Shown: positions 1 to 9,444 of the stretch, piece after piece
How the letters are laid out: every line of letters begins with the position of its first letter
How positions within the stretch are numbered: the first letter of the stretch is position 1
Assembly (NCBI GenBank): GCA_963674965.2
Contig: CAXXFL010000007.1
Span: 96,001 to 160,000, forward strand
Source of the DNA: a bacterium
Lineage (GTDB): Bacteria > RBG-13-61-14 > DATKZS01
Reading direction: 5' to 3'
Length of the DNA stretch: 64,000 bases
Program-made: the position numbers and the translations under genes
Notes under the pieces: model-generated
Databases searched by the model: none
What the model was told of the DNA's origin: nothing
Seen by the model: only the letters and a program-made list of their open reading frames with translations

Positions 1-76
1 AAACACTGTCGGCTTTCTAAGGCGAAAACCCTGTTAATCCAAGGTTAAAAAAGGATTTTCGCGTGAAGACAAAAGA

Positions 77-104
77 TTGACATTGCCCCGAAAGGCACTA
101 TACT
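77..104 (+). promoter_or_regulatory. sigma70-type promoter upstream of the PEPCK leader
   Basis: TTGACA (77-82), 16-bp spacer, TATACT (99-104). Confidence 0.7.
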
Positions 105-227
105 AGGAAAATAATGAAACTTGAAGGACTATATGCCGCGCTCGGGAAAAAGACCAGGAAGACGGGAAAGAAGACCGCCTCTCCCGGTGGAGCGCGGACC
201 TAGGTCCATCGAAACGCCGAATCCGCC

Positions 228-257
228 GGGCCGCCTTGAAAAGAGGCGGCCCTTTTT
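228..257 (+). terminator. Intrinsic terminator inside the PEPCK 5' leader
   Basis: Stem GGGCCGCCT (228-236) / AGGCGGCCC (244-252) followed by TTTTT; lies 90 nt before the start codon. Confidence 0.7.
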
Positions 258-346
258 ATGGACCCATCCTGGAGTGGGACATGCTTTGCCGGTCCCGCGG
301 TCGGTTATGGATCGGATCGGAAAAAATCATTGAACGGGAGGAGAAT

Positions 347-2167
347 ATGGACGCCCCCACCAAAAACGAGCGGCTCAAAAAATGGGTCAAGGAAATGGCC
401 GAGATGTGCCGGCCCGACTCCATCCACTGGTGCGACGGCTCCCGCCAGGAGCTCGATCGGCTGAAAAAAGAGGCCTTCCAAACGGGCGAGCTTGTCGAGC
501 TCGACCAGGACAAGCTTCCCGGCTGCGTATATCACCGCACGGCCCGGAACGACGTGGCCCGCACCGAGCACCTTACGTTCATCTGCACGGACAACGAGGA
601 GGACGCCTCGCCGGTGAACAACTGGATGAGCAGAAAGGACGCCTACGCCGAGGCCACCGAGTATTTCCGGGACTCGATGAAGGGCCGGACCATGTACGTG
701 GTCCCCTTCAGCATGGGGCCGGTCGGGTCCCCCTTCGCCAAGTATGGGATCGAGCTGACCGACAGCATATACGTGGTGCTGAACATGTCCATCATGACCG
801 AGATGGGAACGAGGGTGATGGCGGCCATAGGCGAGGAGGGCGACTTCACCAAGTGCCTTCACGGCAAGGCCCAGCTCGACCTGGAGAAAAGACGGATCAT
901 GCACTTCCCGGAGGATAACGCCATATGGAGCGTCAACTCCGGCTACGGCGGCAACGTGCTTTTGGGCAAGAAGTGCCTCGCCCTCCGGATCGCGAGCTGG
1001 ATCGGCAGGCAAGAGGGCTGGATGGCCGAGCACATGCTCATCCTGGGCATCGAGGAGCCGGGCGGCCACACCGAGTACATCGCGGCCGCCTTCCCCTCGG
1101 CCTGCGGCAAGACCAACCTGGCCATGCTCATTCCCCCGGAGGGACTGAGAAAAAAAGGATACAGAATCTGGACGGTGGGCGACGATATCGCCTGGCTCCG
1201 GGTGGGAAAAGACGGCAGGCTCTGGGCCGTCAACCCCGAGGCCGGCTGCTTCGGCGTGGCCCCCGGCACCAACTCGAAGACCAACCCCAACATGATGAAG
1301 GCCATCGTGAGCGACACCATATTCACCAACGTGGTGCTTCGCGGCGACAAGACCGTTTGGTGGGAAGGGCACGACGACCCTCCCCCCGTCAAGGCCGAGG
1401 ACTGGAAGGGCGACCCCTGGACGCCGGACATGAAGGACGATGGCGGCAAACCCATACCCGGCGCCAACGCCAACAGCCGGTTCACCGTGCCCATACGCAA
1501 CGTTCCCTCCGTGTCCAACCGACTGGACAAGCTGGAGGGCGTTCCCATCAGCGCCTTCCTTTTCGGGGGAAGACGGGCCAGCCTGGCGCCCCTGGTGTAC
1601 CAGGCCTTCAACTGGAACCACGGCGTGTTCGTGGCCTCCACCATGGCCAGCGAGGTCACGGCCGCCCAAACCCAGGGGATCGGGACCGTGAGAAGAGACC
1701 CCATGGCCATGAGGCCCTTCGTCGGATACAACATGGGAGACTACCTGCGCTTCTGGCTCGAGATGGGAAACCGCGTTCCCAATCCCCCTCCCATTTTCCA
1801 CGTCAACTGGTTCAGGCGGGACGAGGACGGGAAATACCTCTGGCCCGGCTTCGGAGAGAACCTCCGGGTCCTCGAGTGGGTACTGCAAAGGCGGAGGGGT
1901 GAAGTGCCGGCCGTGCAGACGCCCATCGGATACCTGCCCAACAAGGAAGACCTGGACATGACGGGCGTCGAGATAAGCCGGGAAACCATGGAGAAGCTGT
2001 TCTATATCGACCAGAACGCCTGGCTGGGAGAGTGCGACCAGATCGAGGAATTCTTCGACTCGATCGGAAAACGCATGCCCTCACGGCTCTACCGGGAACT
2101 GGACGATCTGAGGTACAGGCTGAAAAGGTGCTGCGGGCCGCAGGGAAAGATTTACGCCGCCTGGTAG
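347..2167 (+). CDS. pckG: Phosphoenolpyruvate carboxykinase (GTP)
   Basis: Motifs GYGGNVLLGKKC, FPSACGKTNLAM, VGDDIAW, NWFR and WPGFGEN; ATG at 347 follows a GGGAGGAG RBS. Confidence 0.97.
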   Translation: MDAPTKNERLKKWVKEMAEMCRPDSIHWCDGSRQELDRLKKEAFQTGELVELDQDKLPGCVYHRTARNDVARTEHLTFICTDNEEDASPVNNWMSRKDAYAEATEYFRDSMKGRTMYVVPFSMGPVGSPFAKYGIELTDSIYVVLNMSIMTEMGTRVMAAIGEEGDFTKCLHGKAQLDLEKRRIMHFPEDNAIWSVNSGYGGNVLLGKKCLALRIASWIGRQEGWMAEHMLILGIEEPGGHTEYIAAAFPSACGKTNLAMLIPPEGLRKKGYRIWTVGDDIAWLRVGKDGRLWAVNPEAGCFGVAPGTNSKTNPNMMKAIVSDTIFTNVVLRGDKTVWWEGHDDPPPVKAEDWKGDPWTPDMKDDGGKPIPGANANSRFTVPIRNVPSVSNRLDKLEGVPISAFLFGGRRASLAPLVYQAFNWNHGVFVASTMASEVTAAQTQGIGTVRRDPMAMRPFVGYNMGDYLRFWLEMGNRVPNPPPIFHVNWFRRDEDGKYLWPGFGENLRVLEWVLQRRRGEVPAVQTPIGYLPNKEDLDMTGVEISRETMEKLFYIDQNAWLGECDQIEEFFDSIGKRMPSRLYRELDDLRYRLKRCCGPQGKIYAAW

Positions 2168-2187
2168 AAAAGGGGAGAGAAAGAGAA

Positions 2188-2218
2188 GCGGGCGGTATTC
2201 TTGCCGTCCGTTTTTTTT
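2188..2218 (+). terminator. Intrinsic terminator of pckG
   Basis: GCGGGCGGTA-TTCT-TGCCGTCCGT hairpin followed by a T run. Confidence 0.8.
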
Positions 2219-2341
2219 GAGCGTCCGCGCTATTGTATACTGAAAGGGGAGGATCGGGCGCGCCGAACGAGTCGGCGACGCCGCGTTTCACGCCTCCATT
2301 TCGTCAAGCGGCCGGATAGATCGGGCCGGGGAGGATGGTCC

Positions 2342-5137
2342 ATGGACCCCGCGGAAAAGAAGAAAATGAATGGCCTCGAGGCCGAGCTGAGGGCGGCCCG
2401 GAAAAGGATATCCGAGTTGGAGAGGCGTTCCGCCAAGACGGCGTCGGAGAAATTCCTCGACGACGTGGCCAGTCTTTTCATGGAGATGTTCCGTTCCGGG
2501 CCCGAGGCCAAGTTCGCCGTCGAGGCGGCCACGGGCAAAATACTCGAGTGCAATCCAAACGCCCTCGAGCTTTTTGGGTACGAGCGGGGCGATCTGATCG
2601 GCAAACCCTTTTCCACCCTCGAGGCGCCGAACGCCGAAAGGGTACCCAAGGGAAAGTACGGCGCCACCTACGTGGCCGAGTCAAGACATCGGAAAAACTC
2701 GGGCGAGGTCTTTGCCGTTGAAATGACCGGGACCGAGTTCGCCTGGGAGGGACGCAAAATCAGGATCATCACGGTCCACCCCGTATCCGACCGGGACCAG
2801 GTGGAAAAAGCCCTGGAAAAGAGCGAGAAAAGATACAAGCTCCTGGCCCAGAACATAACCGACGTCATCTGGACCATGGACATGGACCTGAACTTCACCT
2901 ATATAAGTCCGTCCATCGAGCGACTCCTGGGATACGCGCCCGAGGAAATGATGACCATGGGGATCGAGCGCATCGTTCCTCCCGAGGACCTCGACCGCGC
3001 CCTCAAGCTGAGCGAGCTGGCCAAAGGGATCGACCTTAAAAGTATCCGGGAATACATCAACCCCATGACCCGGGAGGAAAGGCAGATCAGAAAGGACGGG
3101 GAGATCATCTGGGCCGAGGTGACCTCGACCGTTCTTTTCGACGAGAGGGGAGAACCGGAGGGCTTCATCGGCGTGTCCCGCGACGTCACCTCCCGCAAGG
3201 ACGCCGAGGAGGAGATAAAAGCCAGGGAAAAAATTTACCGGTTCCTGGCCGAGAACGTGACCGACGTGGTCTGGACGACGGACCTTGATTTCAACCTTAC
3301 CTATATCAGCCCCTCCCTGGAAAAGGTTCTCCAATACAAGCCCTCCGAGTTCGACTTCAATATCCTTATGAAAACCTTTGACAGGAAAGGCAGGGAGACG
3401 ATCGAGGGGCTGATGGAAGAGACCCGGAAAAAGCTGGCGGACCGGGAGGACTCGGGGAGGCGGGACCAGCCGGTCACCCTGGAGTTCCGTCAATTCCGCA
3501 AGGACGGCCATGAGGTTTGGTCCGAGGTCAAGACCTCCTGGATGTACGACAAGGACGACCATCCCGTCGGCTTCATCGGCGTGGTCAGGGACGTGACCGA
3601 GCGCAAGAAGGCCGAGGAGGCCCTTCGCCGCAGCGAGGAGAGGCTCCAACTCGCGCTTGACGCCACCAACGACGGACTTTGGGACTTCTATCTTAAAACG
3701 GGCGACTTCTACGTGAACCCCCGCTACTATACCATGCTCGAGTTCGAGCCTTACGAGATGGCCCCGTCGGTCAAGATGTGGATAGACCTGCTCCATCCCG
3801 ACGACAGGGATTACGTGGTCAACAAGCAGGTCGAGATGATACAAAAGAACCTTGAATCCTTCGAGGAGGAGTTCCGGCTCAGGACCAAGTCGGGCGGCTA
3901 TCGATGGATACTGTCCCGCGGCAAGGTGGTGGAAAGGGACAAGGACCAAAATCCCGCCCGCATTTTGGGCACTCACATCGACGTCACGGACAGGAAGGGC
4001 ATGGAAAGGGACCTGCTCGAGGTCAGAAAGCTCGAGTCCCTGGGCGTTTTGGCCGGAGGACTGGCCCACGACTTCAAGAACATCATCGCCTCGATCATGG
4101 GCAACCTGTCCATCGCCAAGTTCTGCTCCGTGCCGGACACGGAAATATTCGAGTATATCAACGAGGCCGAAACGGCCTGCACCAGGGCCCAGGAACTGAC
4201 CCAGCAACTGCTCACCTTCTCCAAGGGCGGAAGCCCGGCCATGAAGACAACCGACATCGCGCCCACGGTGAAGCAGTCGGCCCTGTTCGTGCTCCGAGGC
4301 ACCAACGTGGGATGCGAGATCATCCTTCCCCCCGGGCTCTGGCCTGTCAGGGCCGACGAGGGACAGATAAGCCAGGTGATCAACAACGTGGTCATCAACG
4401 CCGGACAGGCCATGCCCAAGGGCGGCACCATCAGGATCAGGGGTGAAAACGTGGTCCTGGGCGACAAGAACGAGACCGCGCTGCCCGCGGGAAAATACCT
4501 CCGCCTCGACGTGGTCGACTTTGGGAAAGGAATAGCGCCCGAGCACCTTCCCATGATCTTCGACCCCTACTTCACCACCAAGCCGAAAGGGACCGGTCTG
4601 GGTCTGGCCACCTCCTTTTCCATCATCAAGAAGCATGGGGGCGCCATCACGGTGGACTCGAAACCCGGCGTGGGCACGGCCTTCCATATTTACCTCCAGG
4701 CCTCAGAGGAGGAGCTTTCGAGCGACAGGATATGGCAGCAGGAGTACGTGAGGGGCACGGGCAAGGTCCTGATCATGGACGACGAGGAGATGCTGAGACG
4801 GACCGCCTCCCGCATGCTCCAGCTTCTGGGCTACACTCCCGAGGTGGCTGCCGACGGAGACGAGGCCATATTAAAGCACGGGCAGGCCCTGAAGGATAAA
4901 AAGCCCTACGACCTTATTATCATGGACCTGACCGTGCAGGGCGGCAAGGGCGGCAAGGAGGCCACGGAGGAACTATTGAACATAGACCCCTGGGCCAGGG
5001 TCATCGTGGCCAGCGCCTACGATGAAGACCCGGTCATGAGGGACCCCACCAAGTACGGCTTTATCAGCGCCATACCCAAGCCCTTTAAAATGGAGGAGAT
5101 CGGCCGCGCCCTGAACGAGGCCCTGAGCCGAAGCTGA
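2342..5137 (+). CDS. Multi-PAS hybrid sensor histidine kinase with C-terminal receiver domain
   Basis: About 4 PAS/PAC repeats, H-box LAHDFKN, N/G boxes (INAGQAM, DFGKG, GTGLGL) and receiver motifs (IMDDE, IMDL, KPF); start moved to ATG 2342 after GGAGG. Confidence 0.93.
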   Translation: MDPAEKKKMNGLEAELRAARKRISELERRSAKTASEKFLDDVASLFMEMFRSGPEAKFAVEAATGKILECNPNALELFGYERGDLIGKPFSTLEAPNAERVPKGKYGATYVAESRHRKNSGEVFAVEMTGTEFAWEGRKIRIITVHPVSDRDQVEKALEKSEKRYKLLAQNITDVIWTMDMDLNFTYISPSIERLLGYAPEEMMTMGIERIVPPEDLDRALKLSELAKGIDLKSIREYINPMTREERQIRKDGEIIWAEVTSTVLFDERGEPEGFIGVSRDVTSRKDAEEEIKAREKIYRFLAENVTDVVWTTDLDFNLTYISPSLEKVLQYKPSEFDFNILMKTFDRKGRETIEGLMEETRKKLADREDSGRRDQPVTLEFRQFRKDGHEVWSEVKTSWMYDKDDHPVGFIGVVRDVTERKKAEEALRRSEERLQLALDATNDGLWDFYLKTGDFYVNPRYYTMLEFEPYEMAPSVKMWIDLLHPDDRDYVVNKQVEMIQKNLESFEEEFRLRTKSGGYRWILSRGKVVERDKDQNPARILGTHIDVTDRKGMERDLLEVRKLESLGVLAGGLAHDFKNIIASIMGNLSIAKFCSVPDTEIFEYINEAETACTRAQELTQQLLTFSKGGSPAMKTTDIAPTVKQSALFVLRGTNVGCEIILPPGLWPVRADEGQISQVINNVVINAGQAMPKGGTIRIRGENVVLGDKNETALPAGKYLRLDVVDFGKGIAPEHLPMIFDPYFTTKPKGTGLGLATSFSIIKKHGGAITVDSKPGVGTAFHIYLQASEEELSSDRIWQQEYVRGTGKVLIMDDEEMLRRTASRMLQLLGYTPEVAADGDEAILKHGQALKDKKPYDLIIMDLTVQGGKGGKEATEELLNIDPWARVIVASAYDEDPVMRDPTKYGFISAIPKPFKMEEIGRALNEALSRS

Positions 5138-5138
5138 G

Positions 5139-6236
5139 CTATTCCTTGGAGTCTTCCTCAGCCGCCGGGACGGAGAAGGTCGCTCCCGTGGTCGGGCTCG
5201 TCATGTCCCGCGAGGGCTCGGAGAAAAGCCAGTTCACCCGGCCGGCCAGCCCGGCGCTCTCGATCCGTCTTCCGAATTTGTCTATCAACACAGCCTCTAT
5301 CCCATCGGTTTTCCGAATAAGCTCGAGCCCGTCCCTGGGGCCGAGCACGAACACGGCCGTGGCCATGGCGTCCGCCATCCAGGCTTCGTCGGCCACTATG
5401 GTCACGCTCGAGAGGGACGACGCGGGCCGTCCCGTCCTGGGGTCGATGATGTGGCAATAATACTTGCCGTCCACCACGATGAACTTCTCGTAGTCGCCCG
5501 AGGTCGCCACCGCCTTGTCGCTTATCGGCAGCCAGGCGACGCTGTCCTCCTCGCTCCGGGGGTGCTGGATACCTATCCGCCACGGCCTTGACCCATGGCC
5601 GCCGATGACCCGAAGGTCTCCCCCCGCGTTCACCGAGCCCATGGTCACGCCCCGGCTCTTGAGTTCCCCGATCGCCTCGTCCACGGCGTAGCCCTTGGCT
5701 ATGCCGCCCAGGTCAAGGCGAAGACCCGGCCTAGACAGCCTGGCCTTCCCCGCCGCGCGGTCTATCTCGACGCCGCGCCAGTCGATGAACTCGAGGGCCC
5801 CTGATATCTCCTCCTCCGAGGGCACGCGGGCCTCCTCTTGCTTAAAGGACCAAAGGCCGCGAAAGCCCGCGACCGTCGCGTCAAAGGCCCCGCCGCTTAT
5901 CTCGGAAATATGGCGGGCCTTGACAAGGACGTCGATGGTCTCGGGCGAGACCTCGATGGCGTCCCGCCCCGCCGAGTCGTTAAGCCTCTTCACGTCCGAG
6001 CCTTCCCGGTACGGACTCATGAGCGACTCGATCTTGGCGATCCTTCCGTAGGCCGCCTCGATGGATTGGCCAAGCTCTTTCTCGTCCTCCCCCAGGACGA
6101 CTATCTCGACGAAGGTCCCCATCAGCATCCGCCGGTCGGCTACGGTTTTAAGCCTGGGCCGGCAGGAAAAGGGCATGGTGCAAAAAAAGATGGAGACCAG
6201 GACCAGGGCGGCGAGGGGCCGATAATTCTTTATCAT
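5139..6236 (-). CDS. apbE: FAD:protein FMN transferase lipoprotein
   Basis: MGT, DLGGIAKGYAVD, ATSGDYE, HIIDPRTG and ADAMATA motifs; N-terminal hydrophobic segment with Cys. Confidence 0.95.
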   Translation of the reverse strand: MIKNYRPLAALVLVSIFFCTMPFSCRPRLKTVADRRMLMGTFVEIVVLGEDEKELGQSIEAAYGRIAKIESLMSPYREGSDVKRLNDSAGRDAIEVSPETIDVLVKARHISEISGGAFDATVAGFRGLWSFKQEEARVPSEEEISGALEFIDWRGVEIDRAAGKARLSRPGLRLDLGGIAKGYAVDEAIGELKSRGVTMGSVNAGGDLRVIGGHGSRPWRIGIQHPRSEEDSVAWLPISDKAVATSGDYEKFIVVDGKYYCHIIDPRTGRPASSLSSVTIVADEAWMADAMATAVFVLGPRDGLELIRKTDGIEAVLIDKFGRRIESAGLAGRVNWLFSEPSRDMTSPTTGATFSVPAAEEDSKE

Positions 6237-6367
6237 GTGTAACTAATCCTTCTTGGAGCGCACATGATAAATGTAACCCCATCATCCGGGCCGGACAAAC
6301 CGGGTCTTGGCGGACCGGCGCTTTATTTAGCTCCCCGGCCATGCTAACTTTTCCAGGGAGGTCCTAA

Positions 6368-7876
6368 ATGGCCAAAATAGTCCAGGAAATCGAAAGCTAC
6401 ATGAAAAGCGGCTACGTCCTTCTCCAGATCGTCACCTGGGAGGAGGAACGGGCGCTCGAAATGGTGGCCGAGGCGGCCAAGAGGCTGCAAAGGCCGGTCA
6501 GCCAGTGGTCGGCCGGGTCCGGCTTCGGCGACAACAACAAGACGGCGTCGGCCGATCCCATGGAGGGCCTGGTCCGCATGAGCGTGACCAAGGGACCGCG
6601 CGTTTTCGCGCTCCTGGATTTCCACGCCTGCCTCGAGCGGCCCGAGGTGGTAAGACGCCTTCGCGAGCTTTGTAGCCTGATGGAGGCCAAGGAGCAATGC
6701 GCCGTGATGATCGGACCGACCGCGGCGTTGCCCATGGAGCTCGAGAAAGACGCGGTCGTGCTGGACCTGGACCCGCCCTCCCCCGCCGAGCTTCTGGACA
6801 TACTCGACGAGTGCGTAACCCGCGCCGGCCACTCGGGAGAGTTAAAGAGCGCCAAGGACCTGCGCGAGGTGGTGGTGCGGGCGGCCCGGGGCCTGACCGC
6901 TCGCGAGGCCCGGCGGATGCTCACTCGCATCCTTTTAACCCACCCCGAGTTCGGGAGGGACCACGTAAGGGAAGTGCTCGAGGCCAAACGCCAGGCCCTC
7001 AGGCGCTCGGACATGCTCGAGTTTTACGACGCCCAGGAAACCCTGGACGACATGGGCGGGTTGGACCTCCTCAAGCAGTGGCTTATGAACCGGGCCCAGG
7101 CCTTCGGCGGAAGGGCCAGGGAGTACGGGCTGCCCGAGCCCAAGGGGCTCTTGCTCCTGGGCGTGCAGGGCTGCGGCAAGAGCCTCTCGGCCAAGGCCGT
7201 GAGCGGCCTGTGGGGCATTCCCCTCATCAGGCTCGATCTTTCCGCCGTGCTCGAGGCCGAGTCTCGGGGCGACCAGCTCCGCCGCTCTCTCCGCATGGCG
7301 GAGGGCCTGGCGCCGTGCGTCCTCTGGATCGACGAGATCGAGAAGGGCTTTAACGCCCACCAGGTCTCGGGCATGGCCGAGGAGGGAAGGATGGCCCGGG
7401 CCTTCGCCACCTTCCTGACATGGCTCCAGGAAAAAAGGAGCCCCGTCTACGTCATCGCCAGCGCCAACTCGATCTCCGAGCTTCCGCCCGAGCTGGTGCG
7501 GAAGGGAAGGTTCGACGACATCTTCTTCGTGGACCTTCCCCGCGACAACGAGCGTCGGGAAATTTTCCGCATCCATCTGATCAAAAGGAACAGGGACCCG
7601 GAGGACTTCGACCTCACCCTCCTGGCCGGGGCCGCCGAGGGCTTCTCCGGGTCGGAGATCGAGCAGGCCGTCATCTCCGCCATGTACGACGCCTTCACCG
7701 CCGGCCGTGAGATCGAGACAAAGGACATAGCCAAGGCCCTCCAGGAGACGGTCCCCCTCCTCGAGACCATGGAGGAACAGATCAAGCAACTTAGGGACTG
7801 GGCCAAAACCAGGGCCCGACCCGCCTCCCTCGACACCAAGCTGATGGACCTTCTCCACGGGGCCAAGGAGGAGTGA
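6368..7876 (+). CDS. AAA+ ATPase, Ycf46-like
   Basis: Walker A GVQGCGKS, Walker B WIDEIEK, PELVRKGRFD; inactive N-terminal domain with TWEEER. Confidence 0.85.
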   Translation: MAKIVQEIESYMKSGYVLLQIVTWEEERALEMVAEAAKRLQRPVSQWSAGSGFGDNNKTASADPMEGLVRMSVTKGPRVFALLDFHACLERPEVVRRLRELCSLMEAKEQCAVMIGPTAALPMELEKDAVVLDLDPPSPAELLDILDECVTRAGHSGELKSAKDLREVVVRAARGLTAREARRMLTRILLTHPEFGRDHVREVLEAKRQALRRSDMLEFYDAQETLDDMGGLDLLKQWLMNRAQAFGGRAREYGLPEPKGLLLLGVQGCGKSLSAKAVSGLWGIPLIRLDLSAVLEAESRGDQLRRSLRMAEGLAPCVLWIDEIEKGFNAHQVSGMAEEGRMARAFATFLTWLQEKRSPVYVIASANSISELPPELVRKGRFDDIFFVDLPRDNERREIFRIHLIKRNRDPEDFDLTLLAGAAEGFSGSEIEQAVISAMYDAFTAGREIETKDIAKALQETVPLLETMEEQIKQLRDWAKTRARPASLDTKLMDLLHGAKEE

Positions 7877-8154
7877 ATGGCGGCGGTTCAATTGCGATAT
7901 ATGTTGCAAATGGAATGAAAATATTGGCATAGCCTAATTAGGTCGAAACAATTGTCAAAACGAAATGAAAGAATATCCCGCGCCCGGTTTTGAATAGAGC
8001 GATGCTCAGCCGCGGCTACGCCACCCGTCGGGAATCTCAAGCGTGGTTTAATAGACCGTCTTCACTTTCGCCGTGATCGGCTCCAAATCGCCCAACTAAC
8101 CATCCCGCTTCGCGAGACCCGCTAGGTTCCGGGGTAACGGACGGGACGTCCGGT

Positions 8155-9423
8155 TCAATCGAAAATACCGTGTTCGCGCTCGATCTTGTCCAGGACCGAC
8201 TCGAGGCGTTTGGCGAGGGTGGCCCAGTTGAAGGTCTGGATGAACTCCTCGTTCGGCTCGGACGGAAGTGAGCCGGCGAGCCACTGGTCGAGGAAGGAGC
8301 TGAGGCCGGTGAGGTCGCCTCTTTCCATGGGCCGGCCCAGGCCGCTTTGCTCGGCAGCGGCGGCTATCATGCTTTTCTTCGGGCCGTAGACCAGCATGGG
8401 CTTTCGGGCGCGCATGTAGTCGAAGAGCTTCAAGTTGTGATACCGCTCCCGGCCGGGGGCGTCGTCCACCATCATCAGGCAAAGGCTCGCCCTTTCCAAC
8501 TCGGCCAGGGCCTCGGCGTAAGGCATAAAGCCGGTGAAGACCAGGTTCAGGCGCTCGTATTCGAGGCCCCTTATAACGCGCTCGAGTTCCGGCGCGGTCT
8601 TGCCGATGAACTTGAGCGTTATGGTCACTCCCCTTCGCCCGGCCGCCTCGTCCATGGCGGCGAAGAGCTCGGGGGGCAAAAGGGACGGGTGGTCCACGCT
8701 GCCCAGGTTGACGATGAGGTGCTCCTCGACCTCGCCCGAGCCGACGCCCTTATAATCGTCGTCGTCAAAGCCGTTGGGGATGACCTCGATCCTGGCCGGG
8801 TCCGCCCCCAGCCGCTCGATGAACTCCCGCTTGAAGCCCTCGGTGTTGGCGATGACCGCGTCGGCGTAGGTCAGGAGCTTTCTTTCGAGCCAGGCCTCGA
8901 GGTCGCGCTTGGCCTCGCGGGCGACCGATCCCTTGACGCTGGCCTCCTTGTCCGGGTGAAAGGACCACTCGTCGCGGTAGTCCAAGACGAGGGGAACGCC
9001 CGTTAACCTCTTGACAAAGGCCCCCACCAAAAAGGACGAGAACTCCGGGGCCGAGCACAATATCGCGGAGGGCTTGTATTCTCTCGCCGCGGCCAGGGCG
9101 GGAAGCGCGGCCATGGCGGCCCATAAGACCGACACGTTGGGAACGAGAGGCACGTTAATGAGCCGCCTGAACGTAAGCATCCAGGGCCAGTCCTTGCCGG
9201 GAGGCGGCACGGGCTCGAGGCTCCGCGTCCGTATCACCGGGGTCTCGGGAGGGACTTCATGAGCCAGGCTAGAGTCGATAAGAGGATTGATAACCCGAGG
9301 CGCCGTGACCACCAGACAGGGCCGGCCCAGGCGTCCCAGGTGCCTTACCATCTTGACCACCCGCCGGGAGGCCGCTCCTCCAAAGGGCGGGAAGGCGTAG
9401 TTGACGATCATGACCGGCCTCAT
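8155..9423 (-). CDS. GT-B glycosyltransferase (family 4-like)
   Basis: YAFPPFGG, DYRDEW, IPNGFD and KLFDYM motifs. Confidence 0.85.
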   Translation of the reverse strand: MRPVMIVNYAFPPFGGAASRRVVKMVRHLGRLGRPCLVVTAPRVINPLIDSSLAHEVPPETPVIRTRSLEPVPPPGKDWPWMLTFRRLINVPLVPNVSVLWAAMAALPALAAAREYKPSAILCSAPEFSSFLVGAFVKRLTGVPLVLDYRDEWSFHPDKEASVKGSVAREAKRDLEAWLERKLLTYADAVIANTEGFKREFIERLGADPARIEVIPNGFDDDDYKGVGSGEVEEHLIVNLGSVDHPSLLPPELFAAMDEAAGRRGVTITLKFIGKTAPELERVIRGLEYERLNLVFTGFMPYAEALAELERASLCLMMVDDAPGRERYHNLKLFDYMRARKPMLVYGPKKSMIAAAAEQSGLGRPMERGDLTGLSSFLDQWLAGSLPSEPNEEFIQTFNWATLAKRLESVLDKIEREHGIFD

Positions 9424-9444
9424 GGCGCCCTCCCCCGCCCTCTT

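Noticed and set aside
305-1888. Long antisense ORFs (527 aa here; also 2681-4687, 10634-12223, 15392-16870, 39503-41011 and 48321-49889)
   Set aside because: Shadow ORFs opposite well-supported genes, as expected from high-GC codon bias; no recognisable motifs
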